A stretch of 63,882 nt of DNA from a virus (lineage: Duplodnaviria; Caudoviricetes). The position numbers were made by a program, and so were the translations under genes. The stretch lies in IMG/VR virus record IMGVR_UViG_3300033412_000012, positions 1 to 63,882 of that record. The stretch is one strand, 5' to 3'. The notes under the pieces were generated by a model. It saw only the letters and a list, made by a program, of their open reading frames with translations. It was not told the DNA's origin and searched no databases. Below are positions 36,989 through 47,826 of the stretch, piece after piece; position 1 is the first letter of the stretch, and the number at the start of each line of letters is the position of its first letter.

Positions 36989-37291
36989 CTAAATGCGGCG
37001 CAAATGACCGCCGCGAATCTCCGCCATCAAATCAGCCAGCTTAGCACCAGCTCGCCGTTTAACTTTGGTGCCGACCAGTGGATGCTCACTGATCGACTCA
37101 TAATCAAACCGCCCCGTCATGTTGTCCACTTGCAAGACTTGCAAACGATACGACCGGACTGGTTCGACCGTAACTTCGGAGTCTGGCGATAGTACCTGTT
37201 GGCCGCCGACTTGCAAGTAACGGCCGGGCTCAACCGCTTCGTATACTTGGCCGGGTTCAACGAGGACGCCTTCGTGTTTGACGCTAGTCAT
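36989..37291 (-). CDS. hypothetical protein
   Basis: Start MTSVK; ATGA overlap. Confidence 0.55.
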   Translation of the reverse strand: MTSVKHEGVLVEPGQVYEAVEPGRYLQVGGQQVLSPDSEVTVEPVRSYRLQVLQVDNMTGRFDYESISEHPLVGTKVKRRAGAKLADLMAEIRGGHLRRI

Positions 37292-37491
37292 AGCCGCTTT
37301 ACTTCGATTGAATAAGCAGGCACGCCGTCGACGTGAACGATGGCCGTCTTTCCTGGCTCGACGAACTCGATGACCGCTTTCAGCACGTCGCTGGTCACGT
37401 CTTGACCGCCGCCTCGAAACGTCAATCCGTCTTTCGATGGGGTCCCGGCGTGAATGCGCCCGGACAACGCCATTGTGGCCACGCGGATCAT
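37288..37491 (-). CDS. conserved small phage protein (LSGRIHAG...DVTSDVLKAV)
   Basis: AGGA RBS; ATGA overlap. Confidence 0.7.
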   Translation of the reverse strand: MIRVATMALSGRIHAGTPSKDGLTFRGGGQDVTSDVLKAVIEFVEPGKTAIVHVDGVPAYSIEVKRL

Positions 37492-39020
37492 TGCGGATTC
37501 CTATCGATGGTAGTGCTGTCAGTAGACGCTGGCGACAAGTCCAGCACGAATGAGGTGTTGCCACAGTCCCAGATACGCAGCCAGCCAGCCGCGTCCATAT
37601 TGGCATGCTCGGTCAAACCGGGATCGTACGACGCCAGCTTCTTGGCCAGCTCCGACTTGCGAAACCCGTAGCGGTGGTGGCGCCGCGCTGGATCAGACGA
37701 GCGGAAATACCAATAGTTCGGCGCCGAGTGCTGCACTTGCACAAAACCGGACTTGCCGTAGACATCGCCGTCTGACCAGCGCCGGTCGGCATAAGTCAGC
37801 AAGCGTTGCGGCGCGCGCACGGCGATGAAACACTTCAGGATCTTTTGCCAGCCGCCCGGCACCGACACGTGCGGCAACACCGCGTAGCGGCCCACGTTCC
37901 AGTCGCAGTCGGAGCGCCCGCCGGCAATCGACGGCCGGCCGAACGTGGCCACTGCGATCAGCTCCTCGCCCAGCACCAACCCATACCGGACTGGCGAGCC
38001 ATCCGCGCCCTGCAAGTGGTAGCGCTCCAGAAAGTCATGCGCGCGCCCGCGCTCGAGCAATTCGACCCGACACTGACGAGCATGCACGCGCCGCACGGCC
38101 GGGTCGCCAACCAGCCGCGCCAGTTTGGAGCGCACCACGGCCGGCCGATTCAGCCACTCGTCCTCGAAAATCGTGATCAGCCGATAGCCGGCCGCGTTGC
38201 AGCGCTCCAGCTTGTCCAGGTGCTTGCGCTTACCAACGCGCTGCTCCGAGTGCCAGTACAGCCCGCAGTACTCGATGGCGACGCGCTGCTCGGGCAGCAC
38301 GATGTCTAGCTCGAACGGCGCTATAATGATGCGGTCGCGCCGCACGACGGCGACCCCGAGAGACTCCAGGTAATCCGCGATGCTAGTCTCGGGCTTGGAA
38401 ATCGCACTGACGCACTTCGGGCAGTTGGCGCCCTGCGCATGGTCGCCGGCCCACTGCTCGAACACGCCGTGCTTGAGGCAGCGAATCTCGATGCGCGCAT
38501 TAATGCCTCGGTACACCGACCCGCCATAATCGTAGTCCGCGAAGTTGTCCGGGTGCGACTGGCGGGCGCGAGTCAGGAAGTGGTCTTTGTCGCGCGTCAT
38601 CCTGGTCGATAACTGCTCGGAGACGCGTCGGTAAGCCCCGGCGGCATGACGCTGGCGTGTCACTTCGGCCATCTGCGCCCGAACCTCGGGCGTGTATCGC
38701 GCCGCCATTTTGGCCTTGGACTCCACCGTCGCCAACGTGGCGGTCAACGTGGCCGCGATCTTGGCGCGCACCGCCGGATCGGATGCCTTCACGGCGGCAG
38801 CACAGCGCTGCGAGCAGCACTCCGCGTACCCCTTCCCAGCCGAAAGGAATCGGGTCTGGTTTCCGCAGTTCCGACAGCTGCCCTCTCCTGCACGGCGGAC
38901 GTGCTCGTCGTAGTAAGATTGGGGATCAACGTCGGAGTGACGCAGTCCGACGTGACGGCTCATATAAGCCGGGCGGACTGGATGGGAGCAGTACGGGCAC
39001 GGTATCGTCTGGTGGTCCAT
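37488..39020 (-). mobile_element. free-standing Hef-like homing endonuclease (Zn fingers, PD-(D/E)xK/Vsr-like nuclease, GNAT/Mom-like C-terminus)
   Basis: CPYC..H..H; CLKHG...CPKC; ELDIVLPE..VAIEYCGLYWH; TYADRRWS.G.VY...IWDCG. Confidence 0.8.
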
Positions 39021-39032
39021 AGTGGCAGGGCT

Positions 39033-39065
39033 GATAAAGTTCGGGGCGGATTGCTCCGCCCCGAA
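39033..39065 (-). terminator. intrinsic terminator after MCP
   Basis: TTCGGGGCGGA-GCAA-TCCGCCCCGAA followed by CTTTAT. Confidence 0.75.
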
Positions 39066-39100
39066 ACGTCCCGCATCAACTTCGCACTATTTCCAGGCGT

Positions 39101-40522
39101 TTAAGCTACGTAGTTGGACACGGTCCCTTTAAGATAGTAGCCGGCATTGTTGATGATGGTCGTATAAAGGCTCATCATACCTTGCTGGTTGCTCAAGTCC
39201 GGAGCCTGGAACACCGGGCTAGCGTACAGGGGCACCCACTCCGCGAGGATGGCCGCTGCATCGCCGACCACGTAGCCTTTGAAGCCGACCACGTACGTCG
39301 TGAGCGACATCGACGGCACCTTGATGATGGCGACCGTGCCATCGCGCAGCGTGCCGATCTTGTGCGGACCAACTGGCGCCACCACGTCCGACGGCTCGAA
39401 TCCAGCGCAGTTGCGGAACAGATCGGCCGCGTAGTTGCCGCACAGGATCCAGCTCACGCCACCACGACCCATCGTCAGCTGGATCTTGGACTCGGCATAG
39501 TTGAGCTTCAGCTCGATTTCGGCGTAGCGCGCCAGTTTCGAGTAGTTGCTCGGCGGCGTCGCGTCGAAGTTCAGGTTCGTGTCGGACGTGGCAGCCGCGA
39601 CGATCTTGTTGATCAGGTCCATGTCCCGCTCTTGCTTGATGAAGCTCGAGACGAGGTTGGCCAGCGTGTCAGGGATGTCCAGGTCCAGGTGCGAAGCGGC
39701 AGCCAACTGCGCTTGCGTCGACCATTGGACGCGCAACGGGTGCGGTTGAGCCGTGACCGGGATCAGCGACAACTGAATGTCGAGCGAGCGCATCTGGCTC
39801 GTGTTCTGCTCCGAGTCGTAGCGGAACGAGCCCGTGACCGACACCGAGTTGGCGACGGCGGCTGACGTGTTGACCGTGATCGCGCCGGTCGTGTAGTTGA
39901 CCGTCGAGCCCGCAGCGATGCCCGTACCCGTAATGACGCCCGAGCCGTTGTCCTGGCCCGAAATCGTGCCGTCGCTGGACGACACGAGCAGCGTGCCCGG
40001 ACGCATCGGGACCGGAGCGGCAGTGGCCGTGAACGTGGTCAGCGTGCCGTTGCCGGTGCCGATCACGACGGTCGTGTTTTCCGACGCGTAGGTGCCGTCC
40101 GTGACGTGCTGGAACACTTGCTGACCGGCCGTAACGCCGGCGGCCGAGTTCGTGTACACCGGGCGCACCACGAAGATTTCGCCGTTCTGACGGTCGATCG
40201 GCTGAATGTCGACCAGCTCGTGCGCGATCAGGTTCGGATAGAAAATGCGCACGAGGTCGACGACCTTGGGCACCAGCTGGCCGAGCGCGTTCGAAAACGT
40301 CGACTCCAGGCGCGGATCACGGCGCACCGCGTCCATGAACACCGCCTGATTCTCCATGATCTGCAGCGTCGCTTTGGCGCGAGCCTTGACGCGCTGATCG
40401 GAGTGCTCCAGCATGTTGAGCAACGACTTGTACTTGGTCTTCCACGAGCGATTGGACTCGAGGATCGCTGCAACGCGCTGTTCGCTGCGGCGTTCGGTGT
40501 CCCGCGTGTTTTCCGTCATCAT
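39101..40522 (-). CDS. major capsid protein (T4 gp23-like)
   Basis: QIMENQ, LVRIFYPNLIAHELVDIQPI, PVTAQPHPLRVQWS and WVPL motifs. Confidence 0.92.
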   Translation of the reverse strand: MMTENTRDTERRSEQRVAAILESNRSWKTKYKSLLNMLEHSDQRVKARAKATLQIMENQAVFMDAVRRDPRLESTFSNALGQLVPKVVDLVRIFYPNLIAHELVDIQPIDRQNGEIFVVRPVYTNSAAGVTAGQQVFQHVTDGTYASENTTVVIGTGNGTLTTFTATAAPVPMRPGTLLVSSSDGTISGQDNGSGVITGTGIAAGSTVNYTTGAITVNTSAAVANSVSVTGSFRYDSEQNTSQMRSLDIQLSLIPVTAQPHPLRVQWSTQAQLAAASHLDLDIPDTLANLVSSFIKQERDMDLINKIVAAATSDTNLNFDATPPSNYSKLARYAEIELKLNYAESKIQLTMGRGGVSWILCGNYAADLFRNCAGFEPSDVVAPVGPHKIGTLRDGTVAIIKVPSMSLTTYVVGFKGYVVGDAAAILAEWVPLYASPVFQAPDLSNQQGMMSLYTTIINNAGYYLKGTVSNYVA

Positions 40523-40620
40523 GATATCGGTCTGCCTATTTAGAGAGGTGATGGTGAAACGTGTTGCCGAGAATTTTTAGGCAATTCAAGATTTTTAAAT
40601 TCGGTCCCTGCCGTGCCGCT

Positions 40621-41991
40621 TTAAAACCAGCCCTGGTGCGGCTGCTCGTCAGACGCCGCGCGCGAGCGGTCGACGCGACCGTGTTTGGTTTCGCGCAGCA
40701 TGCCGTCGTGCGGATCGCGGATCGTGCGCACCACGCGCGCGTCAGTCGCGGACGACTCGCTGACCGCGTTGCCGTTGCGTCCTGTGGAGACGACCGGCGT
40801 CGTCGGAGCCGTGACGGGTTTGGGTTGCTTTTTGAGGCGGGCGTTTTCGACCACGCCGTGCGCCGCGATGCGAGTCGCGTGGCGGTACTTGACCACTTGA
40901 CGAGCCGCTTCGGTGACGGCCACCGAACGCGCCAGCTTGTGCTCGGCCGCGATCTTGACTGCGGCGTCGTACTTGCTTTGCAGCGCCTCGAGCTGCTTGG
41001 TCGCTTCGTCGAGCTTGGCCTGCAACGACTTGGCCATCGTGACGGCCGCGTCGCCGCGCGAGCGCTCTTTGACGAGCTTGGCGGCAGCGTCGGCGGTGCG
41101 GGCCTCGAGCGCCGAAATGCGCGTGGTGGTGTCGGCCATCACGCGCCGGAACAACTTGGTCGAACGGCGATGCGCTTCGACCGCCTCGATCAACTTCTTG
41201 TCGGCGTCAGGCTCGGCGGCGGCCGACTCGAATACCTGATTCTTGCCCGTTTCCCACTCGCGGTAGGCGTCGGCCAGCTCGCGGCCGGACGACTTCGACT
41301 CGGACAACGCGGTTTCAACGGCGGCAGCACGCTTGAACGCGTCCACCTTGTTCGGCTCAGCTTTGAGCAGGGTGATTTGCTCGCGCACGTACTGTCGGAG
41401 ATCCATCGCAGTTTTCCCTTCCACAATAGGAGTGTTTGATTGTCGGTTCCGCGTCGACTCGACCACTTGCGGAGCCGTGCGAATCCGAGCCGACGGCTGC
41501 GCCACGCAGTCGGTGCCCAAATATTCGTAGTCGTCTTGAATATTGCCGTAGTTGTCAATCGATCCCATGCCGCGAATCGAAACACCAAACGCCGCTTGCG
41601 CTTCCACCAGCGCGCGCAAATCGCGCCCGGCGGCCGTATCGAGAATTTCCCACTCGTTCATCAAGTAGCCGTCCTCGCACCACGCGTTGGTGACGATGTG
41701 GGAGGCTTGCCCGGGCGTCACGTACGGCGTCTCGGCCGGATGCTCGTTGACGGAACTGAGCAGCGAGCGCTCTTTGAACGCGTCCGACGCGTTGCGGCAG
41801 GCCGACTCCATGATGGTGGTCGAGTAGACACGCTGGTTCTCGTTCTTGACGTCCAGCGTGGTGGCCGGCAACTTCACTTTGAGGCGGGAGCCGGACGACT
41901 CGACGATGTACGCGGCCGTGTGGCTTTTCGACGCGGCGACCGAATTGGGCGCGACGACAATATGTTCGACCAGCAGTTGTTTGGACATCAT
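40621..41991 (-). CDS. prohead protease (gp21-like) fused to coiled-coil scaffold
   Basis: KNENQRVY, NEHP, ASHIV, ILDT..G, GVSIRGMG and DCVAQPS motifs; C-terminal coiled coil. Confidence 0.9.
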   Translation of the reverse strand: MMSKQLLVEHIVVAPNSVAASKSHTAAYIVESSGSRLKVKLPATTLDVKNENQRVYSTTIMESACRNASDAFKERSLLSSVNEHPAETPYVTPGQASHIVTNAWCEDGYLMNEWEILDTAAGRDLRALVEAQAAFGVSIRGMGSIDNYGNIQDDYEYLGTDCVAQPSARIRTAPQVVESTRNRQSNTPIVEGKTAMDLRQYVREQITLLKAEPNKVDAFKRAAAVETALSESKSSGRELADAYREWETGKNQVFESAAAEPDADKKLIEAVEAHRRSTKLFRRVMADTTTRISALEARTADAAAKLVKERSRGDAAVTMAKSLQAKLDEATKQLEALQSKYDAAVKIAAEHKLARSVAVTEAARQVVKYRHATRIAAHGVVENARLKKQPKPVTAPTTPVVSTGRNGNAVSESSATDARVVRTIRDPHDGMLRETKHGRVDRSRAASDEQPHQGWF

Positions 41992-42030
41992 TGACCCTTC
42001 AAGCATTGGATTCCCTGCCGAGCAGGTTCC

Positions 42031-42342
42031 TCATGCAGTTGCACACAGCGCCACTAAAATGTAGGCTTTAGTGTTGGTGGACGCCAGATTGAACAGCGGC
42101 GCGGCCGACACCAACAGCCGCATGGTGGCCGCGTCGAGCGAATCGACGAAGTCGGCACAATCCTCCAGGCGCTTGCCTTCCACTTGACCGCGCATGTCGG
42201 CCAGCCGCTTGTAGTGCTCGGGCGTGAACTTGGTAGCCGACACGCGCTCCATCAGTTGCCCGAAGCGCGGGCCGTACTGGCGGACGACTTCGGCCGAGCC
42301 GCAAATACGGATTCGACACGACACGCGCGGAAACTCAGTCAT
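42031..42342 (-). CDS. hypothetical head-module protein
   Basis: AAGGAG RBS. Confidence 0.65.
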   Translation of the reverse strand: MTEFPRVSCRIRICGSAEVVRQYGPRFGQLMERVSATKFTPEHYKRLADMRGQVEGKRLEDCADFVDSLDAATMRLLVSAAPLFNLASTNTKAYILVALCATA

Positions 42343-42354
42343 CGCAGCGCTCCT

Positions 42355-43944
42355 TCACTGGCGGCAAACGTCGAGCAGGTTGGCCACGCGCAGCGGATGG
42401 TGCGCGGTGACCGACTCGTACAACGACGAAATGACCGACGGGTCCGAGTCAGGCGTGGCCGAAGCGTCCACCAGCTCGAACGGCGCCCCCACCAGCGAGC
42501 AGATGCGGCGGATTTCATCGCGCGAGATCTTGTATGCTTCACTGCCGCCTTGCGAATGCAGCGACACGTAAGTGTTGATGAGCGACATCACGTCCTGATA
42601 GGACTGCACGAGTTCGGACGAAATATACGGGCTCTTTTTGATCGACACTTCCACTTTGAGCGTGGACAAGTCGCCGCCGACGTAGAACGCGATCAGCAAG
42701 ATCAGTTGGCGCAGGCCCAGGCAATACGCTTCCGACACCGGGATCAGCGTCCGGGCGAACTTGATATCCTGCTGCTTGAGCGTCATCGGGCGCGTCGCGC
42801 CTTGTCCATCGTCGGCCAGAAAGAATCCCTTCGGCATGCGGCTGGCGTTGTACAGCTTGTCGCGGAAATAGTTGACGTCGTCCACCGTGCCCGCTTCGAT
42901 GGACGTGGCCAGCTTCTTGACGTCGAACCCGGCCGGCACCCACAAGTACTCGGTCATGCCGTAATCCTGGTTGCGCGTAACGCGCTGGTTCGAATTGCTT
43001 TGTCCCAGAATGATGGTCTTGATCGTGTTCTTGAGGTTGGACAGTCGCGCCAGCACCGACGCCGGATCGCCGCCGACGCCGGGCACCGACACCGCGATCC
43101 GGTCGACGCGCGACGCGCGCGTGACGGCCAGCAGTTGTTCCAGCACAGTCAGCTGCTCGAACGGGATGCGCATCTTCTCGAGAATCGACAGACCATATGG
43201 ATAAGTGTCGCGGTTGCGGATCGAGAAGAACGAAAATTCCCAGGGTTTCAAGTCCCGCTCGAGCGGCTGATCCGACACGGCTTCGTTAGGGGCCAGCTTG
43301 AAAATCTTGGCGGCGGACGCTTCGACTTTGTACTTGGTCGCCGGCACGAACGACAGGAAAATGTTGTTGGGCTCGATGGGCCGGTCGATCTTGACGCCGG
43401 TCTGGGCCGTGGCTTCCTGGATCTGGACCAGCTCCGAACCCTGCGCCGCGTGGATCGTGTAAGCGAAGTCGCCGTTCTTGCACAGCGAGCGCACGTCCTC
43501 GCGCGCCGAAGTCAGCACGTTGTTGGCTTCCAGCACCTGCATGACGCGCTCGCGGATCTTCTCGTCCGAAATCTGGATCTGAATCGAATTCTTGAGCGAG
43601 TCGACGATGGTCAGCGTCTCGTCCGCGTAAGTGTCGAGTACGACCGCGCCCTCGGCGCCGGCCGAGTCCATCCGTTCGTACGAACCCAGACGCGCGTCGC
43701 GGTTGTTGGTCTTGGCACCCGACTGATCCCACAGGCGCTCCCACTTGTTGGAAAAGCCGGTGCCTTCGTCGCGTCCGATGTCGCGCGGAATGGGAATGAC
43801 TTCGCCGTCCTTGGAGACGGCCACGTCATATCCCATCTTGTCGGCCAGCGCCGCCAGATCAGCCGGCGTCGCCCCGGTCTGCGCTTTGGTCCGGAACGGG
43901 CTCAGACGCCGGATCAGACCCGTGGTGATCTTGGTATCGGCCAT
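42355..43944 (-). CDS. portal protein (T4 gp20-like)
   Basis: LDTYADE, PYGLSILE, EYLWVP, DDVNYFRDKLYNASRMPK and QQDIKFARTL motifs. Confidence 0.92.
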   Translation of the reverse strand: MADTKITTGLIRRLSPFRTKAQTGATPADLAALADKMGYDVAVSKDGEVIPIPRDIGRDEGTGFSNKWERLWDQSGAKTNNRDARLGSYERMDSAGAEGAVVLDTYADETLTIVDSLKNSIQIQISDEKIRERVMQVLEANNVLTSAREDVRSLCKNGDFAYTIHAAQGSELVQIQEATAQTGVKIDRPIEPNNIFLSFVPATKYKVEASAAKIFKLAPNEAVSDQPLERDLKPWEFSFFSIRNRDTYPYGLSILEKMRIPFEQLTVLEQLLAVTRASRVDRIAVSVPGVGGDPASVLARLSNLKNTIKTIILGQSNSNQRVTRNQDYGMTEYLWVPAGFDVKKLATSIEAGTVDDVNYFRDKLYNASRMPKGFFLADDGQGATRPMTLKQQDIKFARTLIPVSEAYCLGLRQLILLIAFYVGGDLSTLKVEVSIKKSPYISSELVQSYQDVMSLINTYVSLHSQGGSEAYKISRDEIRRICSLVGAPFELVDASATPDSDPSVISSLYESVTAHHPLRVANLLDVCRQ

Positions 43945-44375
43945 TACTTCCTCAGTTCAAAGACGAGCTGTTCGCCGTGGACGGTGTTGCTGACGATGTG
44001 AGCCCGCCCGTTGATCGGAGCCAACACCAGCATCAGGTAGATTTTGTTGCCGGCTTCGACGGCCGTTTCGGTCAGCAGAATGTCGCAACTAGTAGCGGTG
44101 AACTCCAGTTCGTAATCGGCCGGCACTGGAATGTGGTTCGACACGAACATCAGGCAGTGTTCTGGCTCGCGTACCGAGTCGTCCAGCCTGACGCGCACTT
44201 GATTGGGGCCGACTGCGACGACGCGCACGCAATCGCCTTTGTAGAACTTGTCAGCGCAACTGATGGAGAACGCTTGGCGCATGCTCCAGTAGTTGTAGAT
44301 ATGTGATCCGTTGAACTTGACGTTCGAATCGTAGATCACGCGGGCAACGACGCCGACAGGATCTTGCGCGAGCAT
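43944..44375 (-). CDS. hypothetical protein
   Basis: GAGG RBS; TAATG overlap with portal. Confidence 0.65.
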   Translation of the reverse strand: MLAQDPVGVVARVIYDSNVKFNGSHIYNYWSMRQAFSISCADKFYKGDCVRVVAVGPNQVRVRLDDSVREPEHCLMFVSNHIPVPADYELEFTATSCDILLTETAVEAGNKIYLMLVLAPINGRAHIVSNTVHGEQLVFELRK

Positions 44376-44472
44376 ATTGGGGACCTCGGAATGTGTCTTT
44401 GTACAGGTTCTAGGTCCGAATACGCCGAGGGCCGGTCGCCCGGCCCTCCTGTGAAACTAGCAGTCTCTCGAG

Positions 44473-46119
44473 TTAAGCCCCCGGACCTCCCGGAATCGGA
44501 CCGCCATACATGCGCTGGAAGGCATCACCCAGACCGTCGATCAAGTCTTCCCACGATGACGAGTCCCTGATCACCTGCTCGTACGTGCTGGCAATTGCTT
44601 CCTTCTCGTCTGCAAAAGTCTCGCCTTCCTCGTCGGCGAATTCTTTGGTTTGGTCCACCAGAACACGCGCCAGCTGGTCCATCACCCCGTCGAACGACAA
44701 GTCAGACTCTCGAATACCGCGTTTGAATGATTCCCCCAAGCCGTACTTTTTGAGCAATCGTCCAAGAGCTTCCTCGGCTTGATCGTTCAACGCGTCCCAA
44801 AATTCCGCGTCGTCTCGCGCCAAGTCCCGGATCTCCTCGAGACCGTGCTTGACGGTCTCGTCCTCCGGTAAATCGATGTCGTCGTCCATTCCTGAGTAAT
44901 CCACCGCCCAGCGCCGAACGATTTCGTCGAACAAGTCTTCGTAGCTAACCTGCGACAGATCGACCGCCCCTGCTTCGCCGACCGGCTTGTAGCCTTTGCC
45001 GCGCATGATCTTGGACGCGGGGTCACGCAACGGATTGCCCTCGGCCATGCTGGCCGCCGGCAACAACCAACCAGTACCGCGTCCCGTAAAACTTCTCACG
45101 ATGAACATGCCGACGCGGTCGCGTTCGACATCGCCCTGTTTGCGAAAAGCGCGAAAGCTCGTACCCAAGTCTACTGTGATGTGGTATCCAGCCTCCTTTG
45201 CTGCCGCTTCCCAGGAATCGAAGTCTTTATATTTCACCGCCCCGTCCGGGGCTGGTTTCGGACCGGGTTTGCCAGCTTCGGTTGCGGGCTTCGGCTCCGG
45301 GTCACGGTAGGAATCCACCTCGATGTTGCTGCCCTGGTCGGTAATCCACTTCTCGCGCGCGGCGTCAGTCTTGAACGCCTTGCGTTTCATCTTTCCGTTG
45401 TTGTCGACGTAAGCCACCTCGTACTCGCCCTGCTCCGCTTCGGTCGCGGACGGCGTGTGGCCGGCCTCGATATCGGCCATCGCATCGACGACGAAGTGGG
45501 CGTCGTCCGAGTTGTGCAGATGGAGCTTGCTGCCCTGGATTTCATGCTCGACGCCGTGCTGTTGGAGCAACCTCTTGAGCGGCTCGGTCTTGTCCGAGGC
45601 GAATCCCGATAGATCGATGTCGGTCGCATCAGCGAGCAATTCCGACCCCTCGCGAATTGCCTGCCCGAAGCGCTTGCCTTCGGCTTCGCCGACACCGAGT
45701 CGACCTTTGATTCGACCCTGCTGGCCGAACCAAGACTTCGCTTCGGCGAGTGAGACAAAGCCGTGGCCGCCGTTGTCCTCGAGCACTTGTCCACGGTCCG
45801 ACACCACATAAAAGCGCCCGGCCATCGGCAAGTGCATCGTCGCGGCCACCGCTTCGCGCATGTTCTTGGCAAACTGCGCCATCTTGCGCACATGCGCGTC
45901 TTTCGATTTTAGTCCCTTCTCGATATCGGCATTGGTAATGGGGGAGTCGGGAGACTTGCCGAGCCACTTGTGGAATGCGCCCTTTTTGATGTCGTCCTTC
46001 TCGGCAATTCGATTGTTCGACAGCGGCGCGTGCCCGTTGATGCCCTTGTGCGTCTGGATGCGCTCGGTCAACGCCTGGAAGGCGGACCGAGCAGCATCGC
46101 GTGTCTTACGGTGCGTCAT
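44473..46119 (-). CDS. modular acidic protein, probable internal head protein
   Basis: 548 aa of short modules separated by xxE-A/S/G linkers. Confidence 0.7.
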   Translation of the reverse strand: MTHRKTRDAARSAFQALTERIQTHKGINGHAPLSNNRIAEKDDIKKGAFHKWLGKSPDSPITNADIEKGLKSKDAHVRKMAQFAKNMREAVAATMHLPMAGRFYVVSDRGQVLEDNGGHGFVSLAEAKSWFGQQGRIKGRLGVGEAEGKRFGQAIREGSELLADATDIDLSGFASDKTEPLKRLLQQHGVEHEIQGSKLHLHNSDDAHFVVDAMADIEAGHTPSATEAEQGEYEVAYVDNNGKMKRKAFKTDAAREKWITDQGSNIEVDSYRDPEPKPATEAGKPGPKPAPDGAVKYKDFDSWEAAAKEAGYHITVDLGTSFRAFRKQGDVERDRVGMFIVRSFTGRGTGWLLPAASMAEGNPLRDPASKIMRGKGYKPVGEAGAVDLSQVSYEDLFDEIVRRWAVDYSGMDDDIDLPEDETVKHGLEEIRDLARDDAEFWDALNDQAEEALGRLLKKYGLGESFKRGIRESDLSFDGVMDQLARVLVDQTKEFADEEGETFADEKEAIASTYEQVIRDSSSWEDLIDGLGDAFQRMYGGPIPGGPGA

Positions 46120-46152
46120 GATTTTAATCTCTCAGTCGGTGTCTGGTCCCAT

Positions 46153-46179
46153 ACAGAAGCGGGGCGACTAACGCCCCGC
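46153..46179 (-). terminator. intrinsic terminator
   Basis: GCGGGGCG-TTAGT-CGCCCCGC followed by TTCTGT. Confidence 0.55.
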
Positions 46180-46211
46180 ACTACTGCATGAATTGCCGGC
46201 GACGCTCGGCG

Positions 46212-47345
46212 TCAATGAGCCATCAAAATGAACGAATACTTGTCGACCGGATATTCAGCGTCGCCGTCGAGCGTGACCGCCTCGGCCGTCATCTTGAACA
46301 CGACACCTTGATCGACCTTCTTGCGTCCGGCGCCGTGACCTTCGTAGACGCGCACGAAGCTACCCGGCGTGCAATATTTGGGATTGGTCTTCTCGACCAG
46401 AACGCCGTTGTCAGTCGTCGAGGCGTTCTGGCTTTCACGCACCGACCCCAAGTCACCGCCGTTCGAATCGAGCGTGCCCGCGCCGGACGGTTTGACGATG
46501 CTGTCCGAGCCTTCGAAGCCGGGTTCGTCATCTGCCTTGACGTCGGTTTGAACGTGCTGCTGCCCGATCTCGCTGGCCGACTGATTCGTCACGCCATCAT
46601 TGACACCCGTCTGGTCGACGGCTCCCGATGCTTGGTCGGTCGCTTGATCGCCACTCTTGATCGTGGTGTCGACGTCCAACGCGTCCGCCTCACGCATGAT
46701 ATCGCGCATCACCGACGCGCGCAACCGCGAAGTTTCCGTGGCCACGGCCGCGCGGCGAGCTGGAGCGGCGGGACGGCGCACGCCACGACGACCCGATTCG
46801 CCCAAGTCCATGTCGCCCACTTGGCCCTGACCGTCGTCGGCCAGCGCACCGTCGACCGCGTCGATGTCGTCGCCCGGCACCACGTTGGCGTCGTCCGCGC
46901 CGGCTGCCGTGGCCGCGTCCTCGGGCGAATCGAACGGACCAAAGAAGATCTGACCACCCTTGATGTCGATCGACGCGTCACCCGGGCTGTCGGGGTCGAC
47001 CACCAGATAGAACTTGTCGTCCTCGAGTTCTTCCTTGCGGTATGCTTTCTTGCCCTTCAGGAGCGATTCCCGAGTCACTTGGCGCGGCTGGTTGGTGCGG
47101 AATTTCATCGTGTTTTCCTCAAACGTATCGTCGTCTTCATCCGCCTGAGTCAGGTCGGAAATATGAAAGGACGCTTTGTTGCCGGATTGCAGGCGGACGA
47201 CGGCGAACTTCTGGGACGGAGCGAGGTAGTCGACGACGCCCGTCTCGCCCTTGTACTGCACGTTGCCCGTCACCTCGACGAAGTCGCCCGGCTGGAGTTC
47301 TCCATCAGCCGCTTCGGCTCGCCGCCTCGATCCAACTGTTGCCAT
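46212..47345 (-). CDS. acidic protein with KOW/SH3-like domains, probable internal head protein
   Basis: LQPGDFVEV..G...GETGVV; start MATVG after GAGG; second RBS+ATG at 47108. Confidence 0.7.
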   Translation of the reverse strand: MATVGSRRRAEAADGELQPGDFVEVTGNVQYKGETGVVDYLAPSQKFAVVRLQSGNKASFHISDLTQADEDDDTFEENTMKFRTNQPRQVTRESLLKGKKAYRKEELEDDKFYLVVDPDSPGDASIDIKGGQIFFGPFDSPEDAATAAGADDANVVPGDDIDAVDGALADDGQGQVGDMDLGESGRRGVRRPAAPARRAAVATETSRLRASVMRDIMREADALDVDTTIKSGDQATDQASGAVDQTGVNDGVTNQSASEIGQQHVQTDVKADDEPGFEGSDSIVKPSGAGTLDSNGGDLGSVRESQNASTTDNGVLVEKTNPKYCTPGSFVRVYEGHGAGRKKVDQGVVFKMTAEAVTLDGDAEYPVDKYSFILMAH

Positions 47346-47427
47346 TTGCCTGCTAGTCCTCAACAAAGCACCCAAATTCCCGCCTACTGCTGCGGTCCCT
47401 TGGCCGGTTCGTGCAACGCCCGGCCGA

Positions 47428-47826
47428 TCATCCCTGCTTGTCAAATTGACCGACCACGCGGTCGTCCACCACGGCCAGCACCAGCCGGTCCGAGTCCCGG
47501 AATTCGACGCCTGGATACTGCTCGCGCATCCGTCGTTGCCAATCGTCCAGTTCCGCTTCGGGTCCCAGACCGACGACGCCGAAGAAATCTGAGCACTTCT
47601 GATCGAAGCATCCAACTGCGCCCGTGTCAGCGTCGTATGTGCTGACCACGGCGCCGTCGTACTCGGCCGACGATAGCGGCCCGTTCTGTAGGAACGTGAC
47701 GCCTGGATACATGCCCGTCACTGCCCGCTGCCACCCATCCAAGTCATAATCTCCGACGGTGCCCTCGAGGACTTCCTCGTCGGCCTTGGACAGACGCTTT
47801 TCGGTCAGCGACGGCGCGCTTTTGGG
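47428..47826 (-). CDS. -1-frame ORF with two copies of the repeat domain also found in the AAA protein
   Basis: LDGWQ..YPGVTF...YDG.VVSTYD and LDDWQ..YPGVEF...VDDRVVGQFD; no convincing start of its own. Confidence 0.55.
   Translation of the reverse strand, partial: PKSAPSLTEKRLSKADEEVLEGTVGDYDLDGWQRAVTGMYPGVTFLQNGPLSSAEYDGAVVSTYDADTGAVGCFDQKCSDFFGVVGLGPEAELDDWQRRMREQYPGVEFRDSDRLVLAVVDDRVVGQFDKQG

Noticed and set aside
37488-40522. Intron or intein in MCP, nrdA/nrdB or helicase
   Set aside because: These ORFs are continuous and of normal length; the endonuclease lies after the MCP terminator and is free-standing.
21910-40545. T4-type late promoter TATAAATA
   Set aside because: Only partial TAAATA matches upstream of the MCP (about 40540) and chaperone (about 21915); not seen before other late genes.
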